The position numbers and the translations under genes were made by a program. Below the pieces are notes generated by a model, which had not been told where the DNA came from, did no database searches, and saw only the letters and a program-made list of their open reading frames with translations. Positions 1 through 12,600 of a stretch of DNA of 64,000 nucleotides are shown here, piece after piece. This DNA is from Nymphaea colorata. Its lineage: Eukaryota. The stretch is taken from NCBI RefSeq assembly GCF_008831285.2, contig NC_045138.2, positions 40,920,001 to 40,984,000 of the forward strand. Direction: 5' to 3'. Every line of letters starts with the position of its first letter. The first letter of the stretch is position 1.

Positions 1-2059
1 TTTTAAGTTGCTCATAGATCTGCCAATCAAATATTAGACGCAGCCGTATCCTGTTTTTTGAAATAAAAACATGGTGTTCTTGAAAAGTGTTTGCAGAACA
101 GGTATTTCAATAACACAATGTTCTTATTAAATGACCTCTAAGTATTCTAAAGAAAGAAAGGGAGCAAACTCTACACTCAAATACTCGACCGAGCTAGTGG
201 AACTTTTGCCAAAAGATTAAAACCAGGCAAAACTTACTGAAAAATTCACAGAACACGCCCAACTTGTAGCCCCATAAGAAAACATGCTCAAGCTTGAATT
301 TTTCTATTCCATTCATCTGCTTCTTTTACATGTAGTTCAGTTGACATATTCAAACCAGTGCAAGTTGTGGGTCTTTAAAAGTTGTTGGTTTTTCTTTTAA
401 GTAAAATTTCCAAAATTATTGTTGGTGGATCTTCATCTTGTTTTGTGAAGCCCGGATGCAATTAATTTAAAGTAGCAACTTGTCATTGTCGCTAATAATT
501 GATCTAGTGCACAGCATTTCCACTAACGATGCATCTGCTCTCCTCTCATGTTTGCGAACTCCATGCATAGAAATCAGGAACTTGGTCACTCTCTACTCTG
601 AGTTCCCAAAAAGGAACAGACACGAGAGCTTGATCATTCAGTTGCCTTGGCCTTGTGGTTCAGAATTGCAGCAACTTGCAGGCATTATATTGTAAGCTAG
701 GTTGGATCCCACATTCAAAATACTAACTAAAATCTGAAACAAAAAGGTACAAGTGCGACAAAGAAACAGATGTTTTCATGCACTTTTCTCGATGTAGGGA
801 AGATACACCACTAGTCTACTTTTATGTTCATAGTGTCTGCTTGGAATGTTAAGATGCCCTGCACTAAACTTTGAGGTCATTGGCTTGTACAGATTGCTTT
901 ATAGCTTTTCAATTAAATTAATGATCATAAAGTCTGTTTGTTTGATCACGTGAAATAAGAGCCAAAACAATGAAACTATTTTTTCTAATTACTACTTAAA
1001 ACTTTCTTTTTTTTTAATCAAGCAGGTTGATCTTTCTCCTTGTTTCCTTTTTCAATGATAGAAGCTCCATGTAGAAGTAGGTAAAGCTGCATGTAGGTTC
1101 ATGTCATTTTTGGCTGTTCTAAGTCAGATTCCCTTCAACTTGATTTTTTATGTCGTAACATTTTCTTGAATCTGAGGTTCTGAACCGTCTGCACCCCATA
1201 AAGGAGGCAATCTATGAGCGGGACACTGACAACCAAGCCCTGATGCGTTGTTGATTTATGCCCTTCTTTTCCTTACCAAAATTGACACAACAGGGGCTGG
1301 GAGGGGACAAGCTTCTGTTTGAATTTTCGAGGCGTCAACTCTCTGTACTACAAACAGGAGACCATTGATACACAAGTTAAAGCATAGTAAGGGCAGCACC
1401 TCCATCAAGTTGAAGTGTAGTAAGGCAACATCTCGAAGCACTGAAAGCAGACCCTACTCACCTAGAATGGGGTACCACTATTAAAAAGCGTTTGATTACA
1501 TGGAAAGAAACTTTTTGAGGAGCCCATAGTCACAAGCATAATAAAACTGGAAATTGAATCCTGATTATTGCAAACACCAGTGCACCTTGACTGCCTTTCT
1601 ATCAAAAGATTGAAGATTTTTCTTCGACATTTAATGAAGAGAAAAACAAAAGAGAATAATCTAATATGCATGATGTGTTTGAGTTATTCAAATAAAACTC
1701 GTCAATTAAATCCTATGCTAACCTACTTGTACCAATATGAGAAGGGGAAATAATTTAACCTCCACAGGTGCGACTTTTTCTACCAGCATGGGATGAAAAA
1801 TCCATCTTCCCTCTGTTTTGTAACTTTGTTAATTGTAAATTTAAGGAGGATGTTCAATGGGGCAACCCCAAATGAAAACTCGCAGAGGTAGGTGTGCGCT
1901 TAGGTGGGTAGCCGCCCACACAGGCTCACATAATTTATTTTATTTACATATTAGCTCCTCAGTCCTTAATATCTGAGACTTCATAGGTTAGTGCCTCTTA
2001 GCCACAAATTTCTGGTTTCAATGCTGAAGACATAACTTTTTTTAGTGCATGAAAAGTCA

Positions 2060-2219
2060 CCAACTTGATTCAAGAATGAAAATTCTTGAAATCAAAATTT
2101 TATGTTTTAGTTCCTAATTCCATAAACAAAATACCCCGTTTGTTTAATAATTTCAATCTCTTGAAAAATGAATATTCTGATTATAAAATTCCATGATTTT
2201 GAATACATCAAACGCCCCC
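2060..2219. mobile_element. Truncated Tourist-like MITE related to 48027-48412
   Basis: Ends CATCAAACGCCCCC; its reverse complement resembles GGGGCTGTTTGATG...GGAATT at 48027. Confidence 0.5.
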
Positions 2220-3009
2220 AAGGTTATTTCTGTAAGGTATAATGGGTGTAAACTGTAGTTGTTAAACATGGAAGCACCATTTATTTTTACTTGCATCTCT
2301 TATTTCTACGGCAAGTAGATGTTTTTATTCATGGGCAGCTCAGCAAGGGTGTGATGTGATATCTATAAACATGGATGCAAATTTTTTTTTATAAATTTGG
2401 CGTCTTCATGTGCTTCAGTTTTTTTAAAAAAGATGTGTTAAAAAAATGATTACTGGTTGGTAATAGATTAAGGTTTAATTTTTCTTTAATGTTTACTTAA
2501 TGAAAATTGCTTTTGACTTAAACATTTAAGATCAACTCTTATACCTTTTAAGTTCTGACTTGTTTTGGAATTTGGGTAGGCCTACCATATATTGTTCAAC
2601 TTGATGTCACGCTTGTCACTATTTGCAGTATACCGCTTGTCACTATTTGCAGTATACCGAAACTTAACAGCACCACAAAATTAAAACAGCACCACAAAAT
2701 TAAAACTCCTGTCTATGCTCTAATTGAAACATGTTTCAATTTCTTTCGTTTAACCAGTTGCACCAAAAAAAACAAAAAAAGAAAGCTGAGAGGTTAGGTT
2801 GGTCTCCATGTGTATGGACTGATTCATCTTTAAATAAAATAATGATATTTTTTATTTTAATATAATTTAAAACGGCCTATGTGAACCAGGCCGAAACAGC
2901 GTCCCGCTAGATTTCGGAGCCTGCCCAGATTATCAATACCATGGGAAAGGTCCGGAGAGTTGCAAAGATGGTCGAAACCGATTCTCAAATTAACCATCGA
3001 CCTGGTCCG

Positions 3010-3290
3010 TTACGGTACTTGACGGAGAAGGGAAAAGGAGAGGACGGGAGAGTCACTCGTATTATCCGGAGAGCATACTGGAGGAACAGAGCATCGTCGG
3101 TTCAGGCGACAAGAAAATGATGGTAAACACCGGAATCTTGGACGGACTGACGTTTTAAGGTTCCGGTGGGCACCATTTTTCTCATTCACTGCGGGAAGAT
3201 GTGAACAAGGAGGTTGCGTTCTTTCTCCCCATGTCTTGCTTGTCCTGCATCCATGGTTCTCCATTCCTCCCATCTCCCCTGGTTCACATC
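3010..3290 (+). other. Probable 5' UTR leader exon of the PLA2 gene, followed by a ~2.9 kb T-rich intron ending near the GGCAG acceptor at 6138
   Basis: CpG-containing, purine-rich leader-like segment, then a long T-rich intron-like tract up to the coding exon. Boundaries are inferred, not proven. Confidence 0.45.
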
Positions 3291-4993
3291 TTTGCCAGCT
3301 TCCAAAAATTTTCGTTAATTTTTCTTATTTCTTATGTGAATTGTTCATTTGCTGGTTTTTTCTTTGTGCGACTCGTGTGCTCTCTGTGCCGAATTTCGTC
3401 AACATTGCTTGATTTTCCCTTTGGGCATGAAATTCTCTTTTCTAAGTACAACTTGATGAAGCAAATATCATGTCAAGACTCTGAAAGTTTCGTAATTAAA
3501 ATAATGTTCGGCATAGTTGCGTCTTCAGCGATTGATCCCTGCATGTGTACCGCTTTTAGTTCTTCAGGGAATCCAATTCTTTTTTTATTTCCAGGCCATT
3601 AGTTTGTTCTCAATCCATTCTCCTACTCGAGGGAGTTGATTTGCCCCTTAATTTGATATATTTTTCTTGTTTCGTGACACTTGTACCCTCTTCATGGTTC
3701 ACGATCCTTCCTTAGACACTAATGTTTGCTGAAATTAGTAGACTGGTGTTTATTAGATGCAAAAAGGACAAAAAGAAGATTGTTGATTAGTTTCTGGTAA
3801 TTTATTTGAACTAATTGTATGTGTAAATCATTGTATCTGAACAGATTATGATAAGAAGAAGTGAAAGAGGCTTTGAAAAATTTTAAGGTTATCTTAGCTT
3901 GCTGGCTAGAGTAAATTTAAATTGTTCGTAGAAGATGGGGGTCCTACTACCAACCAGAAGCTTTATTATATAGCTGCTTTTTGCCTGCCTCCAAGTAATT
4001 CATTATCATTGGGACTGGTGTGACTATGATTCTATGAACTATGTTACCCGAATCTTAGAGAAGTTGCTTTTGTGATTGTTTGTCGTAATATCTTGGTTCC
4101 TCAGTGTGAGAGTTTCATATGTTATAAACTTCTGCAGTCACCAAGAAGTACGATATTTATCCTTGTTCCACTTGTATGGGTCCAGAACCCAGGGCTGACC
4201 TAATTCTCCATTTATTTGTATTTGGATTTAATTTATTGTATTACTCCAAATACTTGCCAGTCTCTCACTCTTCTTAGATATACAATCTATCCTATAAACA
4301 TCATCGACTGCATGGTGCTATTATATCTGTTCATTGTCCATACCATTTAGATAACACTTGACTTCTCAAAAGTTATGGGCTTTCCAGCAGATCTTCCTAG
4401 TTTATCTAATCCAGATTCCAGAGCTTGTTCTTCTATTATCCCAAACAGCTGGTATAATATATTTATAATTTATCTTATGCACGTTCACTCTTTGTTCTTA
4501 CCACTATCCTCTGCCCCTTGCAATAAGTCTATGTGATAGTGAAGATATTGCTGGAGTCATGTGACACTGCCCTTTTAGTCTTGCTCTATGTGCTTATCAT
4601 AAGAACTGATTGTCTTTAAGTATTCACTTAACAGAAAATTTATATGGTATTATTATGGTATTATTGGGCAACTTTGATATGTCATGTGCTATTTTAGTGA
4701 CCTATATAGATGACCCACTTCCATTATCCAGATAAGAGGAGCATAGGGGAATATGCTTCTTCTTGGGATAATTGCATGGGCTTGAAGCTAACAGTGCTAA
4801 TTTGTCTTAGTCATTTGGCTTTGGTGGCGGAAAGACTTCGACAAGCTTATTCATTGAAATTATTTGAAACTAGATGTTTTATCTTAGGGTAAGGATCAGC
4901 AATGAAGGCTAAAAATATTGATAAATTCGGTTGAGTTATCATTACTAATTGAAGGTGGTTCAGAAATGATGTAATAGCTGGTTACCTTGCATG

Positions 4994-5187
4994 TTGATTT
5001 TTCTGATGATCAAAAGGCATGTATTGGTCTAATAATTCATAAGATCCCAAGCTAACTTTCTTATTTCGACATGTATGTAATTGTATATTGATTTTTCTGA
5101 TGATCAAAAGGTATGTATTGGTCTAATAATTCATAAGATCCCAAGCTAACTTTCCTATTTCAACATGTATGTATGTATGTATGTATG
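4994..5187. repeat. 94-bp-period tandem duplication ending in (TATG)n
   Basis: TTGATTTTTCTGATGATCAAAAGG...CCAAGCTAACTTTC begins at both 4994 and 5088. Confidence 0.9.
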
Positions 5188-6191
5188 TCATGAACTATTA
5201 ACTGTTACCTCTCTCTTTTCAACATTCACTTGTTTTCCTGTTCTTTTTTGGAGAAAATCCTGCTTAGATTTGCTATCTTACTTGAATTAAATAAAAAGTC
5301 AAGGGGGTAAGAAAGAGATGCAGTAATAACTAAGCTGTTGAAATTTAGCCATTACCCTTGTATACTACCTTTTAAGTTTTCTTGGTAGTCTTTCTTGTTT
5401 CCTCATCACTTAAAATTGTTCACTGCATTGAATGTTGGTTGAGGCATAGCAGCTTAGGCCTTGAAATGATTTGTAGCTATCCAAGTCCAATTTTTATTCT
5501 AAGTACATAAATAAAAGCCTAACTGTTATTCTTGTCTTCTGAAGCTCATGCACGGTATTGTAACTTGAGAAAAAAAAACAATATTGCGGCCATGTATTGT
5601 ACACCAAGTTGCTGACTGAATGTCAGTTGTGCCTGTGGAAGTCCTTCCATACAATATTGTAACTTAGAATCTTTAGTCCCTGGTTCTAATAGTGTTGGGA
5701 CTTTTATCTTTGTTCTTATTTTAGATTGCCGTTTGTTTGGCAAGTTTTCTAGCATTATTATGTTAAGTGTGTGTAACGAGTAACACACCATTTATGCTTC
5801 TGATTTTTCAGTTAGAGACCTATTTGCATCTTGAAAAGACAGGTTGTGAAATGAAAGACTGTTTCTTTCTATAGACAAATTAACTTGTCATCCCAGTTTT
5901 GTTCACCCCATGCCGTACAATTTAACTTTTTTGGAACTTTATCCCCCACTGCAGTGGAACTTTATCCTCCACTCCACTAGGTCTCTTCATATGCATGGTT
6001 GGTTAGACTGGCATTACACATCCACTGTGTCTTGTTTTTTATATCTTGGAATGCATTTGATATACTGCCTCCTTGTATCTGCATTAGATCTTGCCGTGGA
6101 CACTCATCAATTGATACTCTTGACTTTTCATATGGCAGACAGCGCAATGTTTTGGAACTTGGAAGCGGGTCACTTCCTCTGTCTTCCGACA

Positions 6192-7662
6192 ATGGACTTT
6201 GGATTTCTCAAAAGTTTGCCTCTAGTTGGTTCCCAATCCAACACGGTGGTAGCATCTGAACCTGCGAGGCTTGAGGCATCTCCATCCACAGACTGGGAGA
6301 AAGGCAACATAGTGCAGCAGTCTAAATATCCATTGCAAGATCTGATTCCCTTGAGAAAGTCTCTCTTGTCAATCATTTCTTGGGAAGGTAAAACTAGAAT
6401 TGAATCATATGCTCATGATTCAAGCTTCAAAGCTGGTTCCAAGAAGATCTATAGGTCAGGAGATTCTGGCTGTTCTGTTCCCCTTTTCAGGCCTTATGTT
6501 GCCAGGGTTCCTTGGCACAAGGGCTTAAGGGCATTTCTGTCTCAGCTGTTTCCTCGATACGGACATTATTGTGGACCAAATTGGTCAAGTGGTAAAGATT
6601 GTGGAACTTTACTTTGGGATAGGCGCCCAGTTGACTGGTTAGATCTTTGCTGTTACTGCCATGACATTGGATATGATACGCATGACCAGGCAAAACTTCT
6701 TAAAGCTGACTTAGCCTTTCTTGAGTGTCTGGAGAAACCAAGAATTAATCCCAAGGAACATAATCACTGGGCTCAGATATACAGATCACTTTACATTGCA
6801 GGTATATTTTCATGCCACTTGAAGAAGGGTGTTTTCCCCTCTAGCTTTAATTTCACTATATGCCTAGTAATGAACAATCTGCTTCTACCATTTAACATTT
6901 CCTTCAGCCTATTCATTAATATTTTAGGTTTCTAAGTTGAATGAATTCTGCAGCTATTGTGGCAAATGTTGGCTATATTTACAGAAGCACCACATCCTTG
7001 TCAGTGTTTTTTCAGAAGTTGATGAATCTTCAAAAAAGTTTTACTACCTTTCCCTCTTGCCTATTTTAAAAATACTGGTTCATAAAGGATTCTGTGATAT
7101 TGATCTGCAGATATTTACATGTTTCCATTTCCAATGTTGAGATTACCAAATTTAATACTATCTAATCTGGTGTAACTAAGACCGTGGCTCATATAGAACT
7201 TGGACTTGTTTCTTTCACCAGATCCAGTTGTTACAGTAACCAAGCCAGATTCATCAATTCAGCAGGATACCCAACCCAGACCTCATATAGTGATACCTTA
7301 ACAGTTTCTTAGCTGAAAAAATTGGGTTATCCAACCCCCACCTGATTCGGTGATACCTTAGACGTTCTCCTTAGCTGAAAATATTGGGGGTTATTAATCT
7401 CTTATGTTTCATCCTACTTTATGCCTACCAGTGAATTGTGAACCTTTTTTTTCATTTTCTTGATTGGTTCTTACCTGTACTTTGATTTCCATTATTCCCA
7501 ATTGATCAAGTCCTGTCTTGTATTTTGCTATTTTCAGGTCTCAAGACTGTGCTTATACCATATAGGACACAGCTTGTGAAATTACAAGCAAGGCAATCCA
7601 TGGTGGAAAAGAAGTTGAACAGAATGAATAGCAGCAACAGGAACATCCAACACGCTAGTTGA
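6192..7662 (+). CDS. Phospholipase A2 family protein, no signal peptide, 244 aa; exons 6192-6801 and 7538-7662
   Basis: Ca-loop motif YGHYCGPNWSSG and catalytic motif LDLCCYCHDIGYD. GT donor at 6802, TTTTCAG acceptor at 7537; frame continues GLKTVLIPYRTQLVKLQ to TGA 7660-7662. Start MDFGF chosen from recalled similarity to the Arabidopsis At4g29070 type; an in-frame ATG at 6148 could add about 15 aa. Confidence 0.88.
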
Positions 7663-8373
7663 TGGTACTGACTCTGTGAGTAGGGCTTCCAATCAGCTAT
7701 ATCCACTTCCAATCAATCATCTGGGAGCTCCATCAATATGTAATATTGTACAGTCTCTGTGTATTTTATAACGTTGATAACTTAATTAATGTGCAGTATA
7801 GCAAAATGAATAGGTGTTTTGAGCTATGAATCCTGTTTTACAGTAGCTTTGGTTTGATCAAGTATTTCATCTGCCACTTTTTCTCCAATGTCCACTATGC
7901 ATGAAGCAAACGGCCAGCAGCAATCATCTGCAAGATGGACTATGGGCTGCAATTTTTTACATGTTTCTTAATGACCATGTAAGATTTCTTTAGGCAGCTG
8001 CCATCAGCGTGTCAATAAACTGAAAACTTGCAATCGTCTCAAATTTTTCCCATTGAAAAGCTATGAACAGTTACGTGCAAAATGAGTAATGGCCTAGAAA
8101 TTTTTTAGCTAAGAAAGCATCACATAGGCTGGCAGGGGATCGTATCCCCTCTGCCGGACATCCAAAGGGAGTGACCAAAGACGCGCATGGGCACAATCCG
8201 TCGAACGTGATCCACTTTTGATGAGTTAGGTAGGCCCCCTTGGGAAAAAGGATTGGATTCAGATTCGCTGAGACTGTTGCTGGAATGCGCCACCCAAACA
8301 TTGTCTGGTTAGACTCGGTTTTCAATGTACAAAGCACAAAATCGAAGTTCCATTTTCACATCAAATCAGATTC

Positions 8374-8440
8374 CGCTCGGCGCCCAAATTCAGTAGGAAA
8401 ATATCACGCTCGGCGCCCAAATTCAGTAGGAAAATATCAC
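8374..8440. repeat. Perfect 33-bp tandem duplication
   Basis: CGCTCGGCGCCCAAATTCAGTAGGAAAATATCA x2. Confidence 0.9.
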
Positions 8441-9680
8441 ATATGAAACTCAAAATCAAATGCTAATAGGATTCAGATTCTAATGGGTACCATTTATAAT
8501 TTAAAATGGATAGGAGGATGGCCATTGACGTCCCTACTTGGAGCACCATTTATAAACAAAATGGATATTGGATGATGGCCATTGGCGTCCCCACTTGGTG
8601 CTCATTATGGAAGATCCATAACTCGTTTTGAGTACACGCATGAGCGAGTAACATAGCCATGAAACTAGAAATTTCACAATTTTTTTTAGGTCGCTTTCAT
8701 TGTCATATGACAGGAGATCAACTGTTAAAAGTGTGGAGCCCAAAAGGGCACATCTGTACTCATATAAAAAGCACATCTGTACTCATAAATGCCATTCTCC
8801 TGAACTGCAGAGAGTGAAGAGTGCGTCACTAGCCAAGTGGCGTATCACAGATCCGAAGCAACTCTGTAACCTAAGAATAAAGGAGGGAGGCTTTGGCCCT
8901 TTTTCAAGGGGCTGTCTCGCTCACCAAACCATTAAGTGGGGAGTGCACAAAAAGCTCTCGGATTTTTCTTTGCATCAATGTATCAAGGTCATAGTTTTTC
9001 ACAAGCTGAAAATCAAAAAATGTATCCCCTCCGTGTGTACGATACGAATACACTCCGGAACTCAACCCGCTGGAGATGAAGCAGTGATATTACCTCTATA
9101 TTGATCTAGACGTGTGAGCTGTCCCCGTACATTTCCTAGCATCCTGCAGTCGAGTTAATTTACTTTCTGGCATCACTTGTTGGTCACCTCTGTTGCTTGG
9201 AACAATCAAGGATCAAATAACAGCCAGGAGACATTGATGTGAATCATCGAAAGAATGATAAAGCAGAGCTCCAGTATAAGGTTTGCAGAACTACATCGAC
9301 GCAACTAAGTACAATCACGTAGATTTCAACACAATATCTTAGCTTACATTAACATATACGGAACATATTCCTGAGTGGACATGGAAACCCATGGTTTGGG
9401 TTAATCAATACAATGTTTCCGATGTACACCGGGTGCCGTGCAGGCAATGGTGATGCCCCATTTGGGCACACATTATTGTATGAAGGAAACTCGTCATGAT
9501 AAAGACGAAGGAGCAGGATATCACAAGAAGCAACTAGGGTTAAACTGGATAAGTTTGGAACCCAGCCTTTTCATGGTGAATGCTGTTTCGACAGCGATGG
9601 ATACATGCTTCGACAGTGCCAGCACGATTCCTGCCCATGACATGCAGCAATTCATATTATCCCCACCAACCAAAGTTGCT

Positions 9681-12600
9681 CTACGCTGATTGAACGGTAA
9701 CCTGCCCTGCAGTTGTGCTCTCAAAATCCGCACAGGCTTCTGGAGTGTCTTCTTCACTTGGCGGCACCAATTGCCAGAACAAGGGCAGATAACGATCCCA
9801 TTCTTTAAGAATAGAAGTTCCCTTGCTGCTACCAGTTTTTTCCTATAAAAAAATGAAAAGAAAATAAAAAAGATAAATAAAACTTTAGCATCAGATGATC
9901 ATGTTTTTATCTGTTTTCAGGGGCAACAAAGCAAAAAAGTAGATGATAGAGGGTAATACTGACAACGTGTGCTTCTATAAGGCTCCTCAGTTGCATCTGA
10001 CCAGCTGGTGCAACGACTCTCTGTATTTTCACAATTTCTTTGTTTACCTGCATCATTGTTGACAGAAGGAAGCCTACCGGTGAGATAGGGGCATGAAAGC
10101 ATAAAGATTCCAATCAATTTAAATAAAAATGGGAACTGAAGTTAAATTCCAACGGACTCTTCTCCATTTTCAAAGGTAATCCACAATCAATGGCCATGCA
10201 TAGATTTGGTTGGAGAACAGTCCCAATATGAATACAATACCAACAACGCGAAGCTGGCCATATAAGAGAGAGAGAGACAGAGGTTTCCTTATCGGTCACT
10301 TACAAAGCATTTGATAAGTGAAATATTGTATTCTTGGAACACATGTTTCAAGAACACTACCTTCCTTTCTGAGAAACATGGTGTGATATGGTTGTCGCTT
10401 GCAGATCCAATAATCAAATGCCAGACATAACCCATGTTTCTTGAAATAAGAATATGGAGGTTTGGAACGTGTTTTAGGAACATAAGTATGAAAAACATAA
10501 TGCTCTTTTAATCAGACACCCTCTCAGAGATTCAAAAAAACATCCATGCCGTCATTCATGTATCATCACAGAACAAGGACACCAGTTGATGAAGAATCTA
10601 AAGCAAGCTGTGAGTATCTGTGTGTGCACAAAAGGGACATGCATTCAATTGATTTAAGGGCCAAGCCATGCCTAATAATTTCAAGGAATGAATAGAAAGG
10701 CAATGCCTAGAAAAAAAAATCCAAGTACACTAAGAAAATAGCAAGAAATTCAAGAACAATCGATGTCTGTAGATTATTAGCTTCCATGCCTAAATCTCAT
10801 AGTTTTGCATTTCACATTATTAAAGTTTGTGTCATTAAAAATTTGCCGTTGATCATCCTAAAGCAATGGAAAGCAGGTTGCAGCGATGAGACTACAAATA
10901 GTTAAGTCTTTTTTGAAACAAAGAACAACGTCAGCTGCAAAGACCCAACAAATTCATTATTCTTCTACTTTGAAAGTGAAGATAATTATCAAGCTAATTC
11001 CAAATCCTTTTTCAAGTACCCAAATGCCAATACACCTATAAATGGAGTATAATACGAGTCTTTCAGAAAATATGCTCATTTATCTGCAGAAACTGCTAGA
11101 GGAAGAGCCACCAACCTTAGGAATAAGAGTGTCGTCTTCATCAAGGATGTAAGTCAATCCACCAGTCATGCCAGCAGCTACATTTCGACCAACTCTATCA
11201 AGAAAGAAAAATAGTGTTCAGCGGAACATCCAAAACAAAGCAATCAGTGTTCAGCATAATATCCAGATACTCTCAAAATTAAAAAGACGGAAAGAGGCAT
11301 ACTTTCCAAGTACAACAACACAACCACCAGTCATGTATTCACAACAATGATCTCCAGTACCCTCAACGACAGCTTCAACTAGAGAGTTCCTCACAGCAAA
11401 ACGTTCCCCAGCCTTTCCTCTTACAAAGATTTGACCACCAGTTGCACCATAGAGGCAAGTGTTACCCACTATTGTGGCATCTTCAGGAGTAAATCCGGTT
11501 TCTTGAACTGGAGTCACCACAAGCTCACCACCAGCCATTCCCTATCATGGGAAACAATATAAGTGACGGAACTCTCCCACATAAACAGGAGCGTACATGC
11601 TACAATTTCTTACCTTTCCAACATAATCATTGGCTTCACCAACAAGCCTAATGTTCATCCCAGGTATCAAAAAACAACCAAAAGATTGACCAGCACTTCC
11701 TGTGAACCTGAACCAAGACCCACAGACCTATCAAACTGCATATTTGAAGTTACTCAAAACTTTGAAATTTTTTTATATAGTTTTCATAAAAAAGCACTTA
11801 CGTTATATTCAGCTGTCCAGCAAACCCTGTGTCCCCATACTTTTTCGCTATTACTCCAGCTACACGACCGCACACAGCACGATCAACATTGTATATTTTG
11901 ATGGTTTTGTGCACAACTTTCTCTTGCTCAATTGCTTCTGCTATCTGTTGATAAGACAATGTACAGAGCAAACCAGAAAGAATAACTTATATTATTAACA
12001 AAATACTTCTATGAACACAAGAACAATATTAGTTTTCCTCTTGCAAGAAAGATCTTCTCATGCATCAAGAAGGCAATATAAGAATTTTCTGGTACATTAT
12101 TATATATGGAAATAACAAAATGGTGTGCTAAAGTTCATGACCCTATACTGCTCTTCTTCTGTATCTCCTGACTTCATGGTAAACGATTACATAGAGAAGT
12201 GTGTCGAACCAGCATCCAATTTTTTGGCTGGTGGAGCCATTCCATGTGAAACTCATTTCTCTCCCCCTATGGTTCATGATATGTACTGCTTTCTTTTTTT
12301 CTTTTCTGTATCTCTGTGTACACAGTTAATCGATTATTACATACAGGAGATATGCAGGACCGGCATCTATCCTTAGGATGGTGCAACCAGTTCCATTTGA
12401 ACTAGTTAAGAAGCAACATGCTGGATCACATAAAATAGTAATAAATTGACATAAGCAGAATCTTTAAAAATGACTTATGTTCTAGAAGAAAGATGTCCAA
12501 GGGCTAACTTAAATAACAACGGAATCAGGATTCTCATGTTCAGAAACTGCAGTCAGATTGTGAACTGGATCCCCGATATGTTATACTCTATCAATTCTTA

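Noticed and set aside
480..1480. Possible exon remnants upstream of the PLA2 gene
   Set aside because: The frames I translated gave no recognisable protein or consistent splice pattern.
3201..3602. 133-aa hydrophobic ORF
   Set aside because: Phe/Leu/Ser-rich translation of T-rich intron-like DNA with a GTG start.
5910..6935. 341-aa single-exon ORF as the PLA2 protein
   Set aside because: The N-terminal ~75 codons are intron-like sequence before the acceptor near 6138, and the tail after 6801 is intron read-through; the spliced model fits the family better.
8374..8605. Repeats of CRISPR-like length
   Set aside because: Head-to-tail two-copy duplications without spacers, in a eukaryotic context with no cas genes.
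8700..9104. 134-aa ORF between the convergent PLA2 and GOGAT genes
   Set aside because: No domain, no ATG start, and it contains a short tandem duplication; probably a chance ORF.
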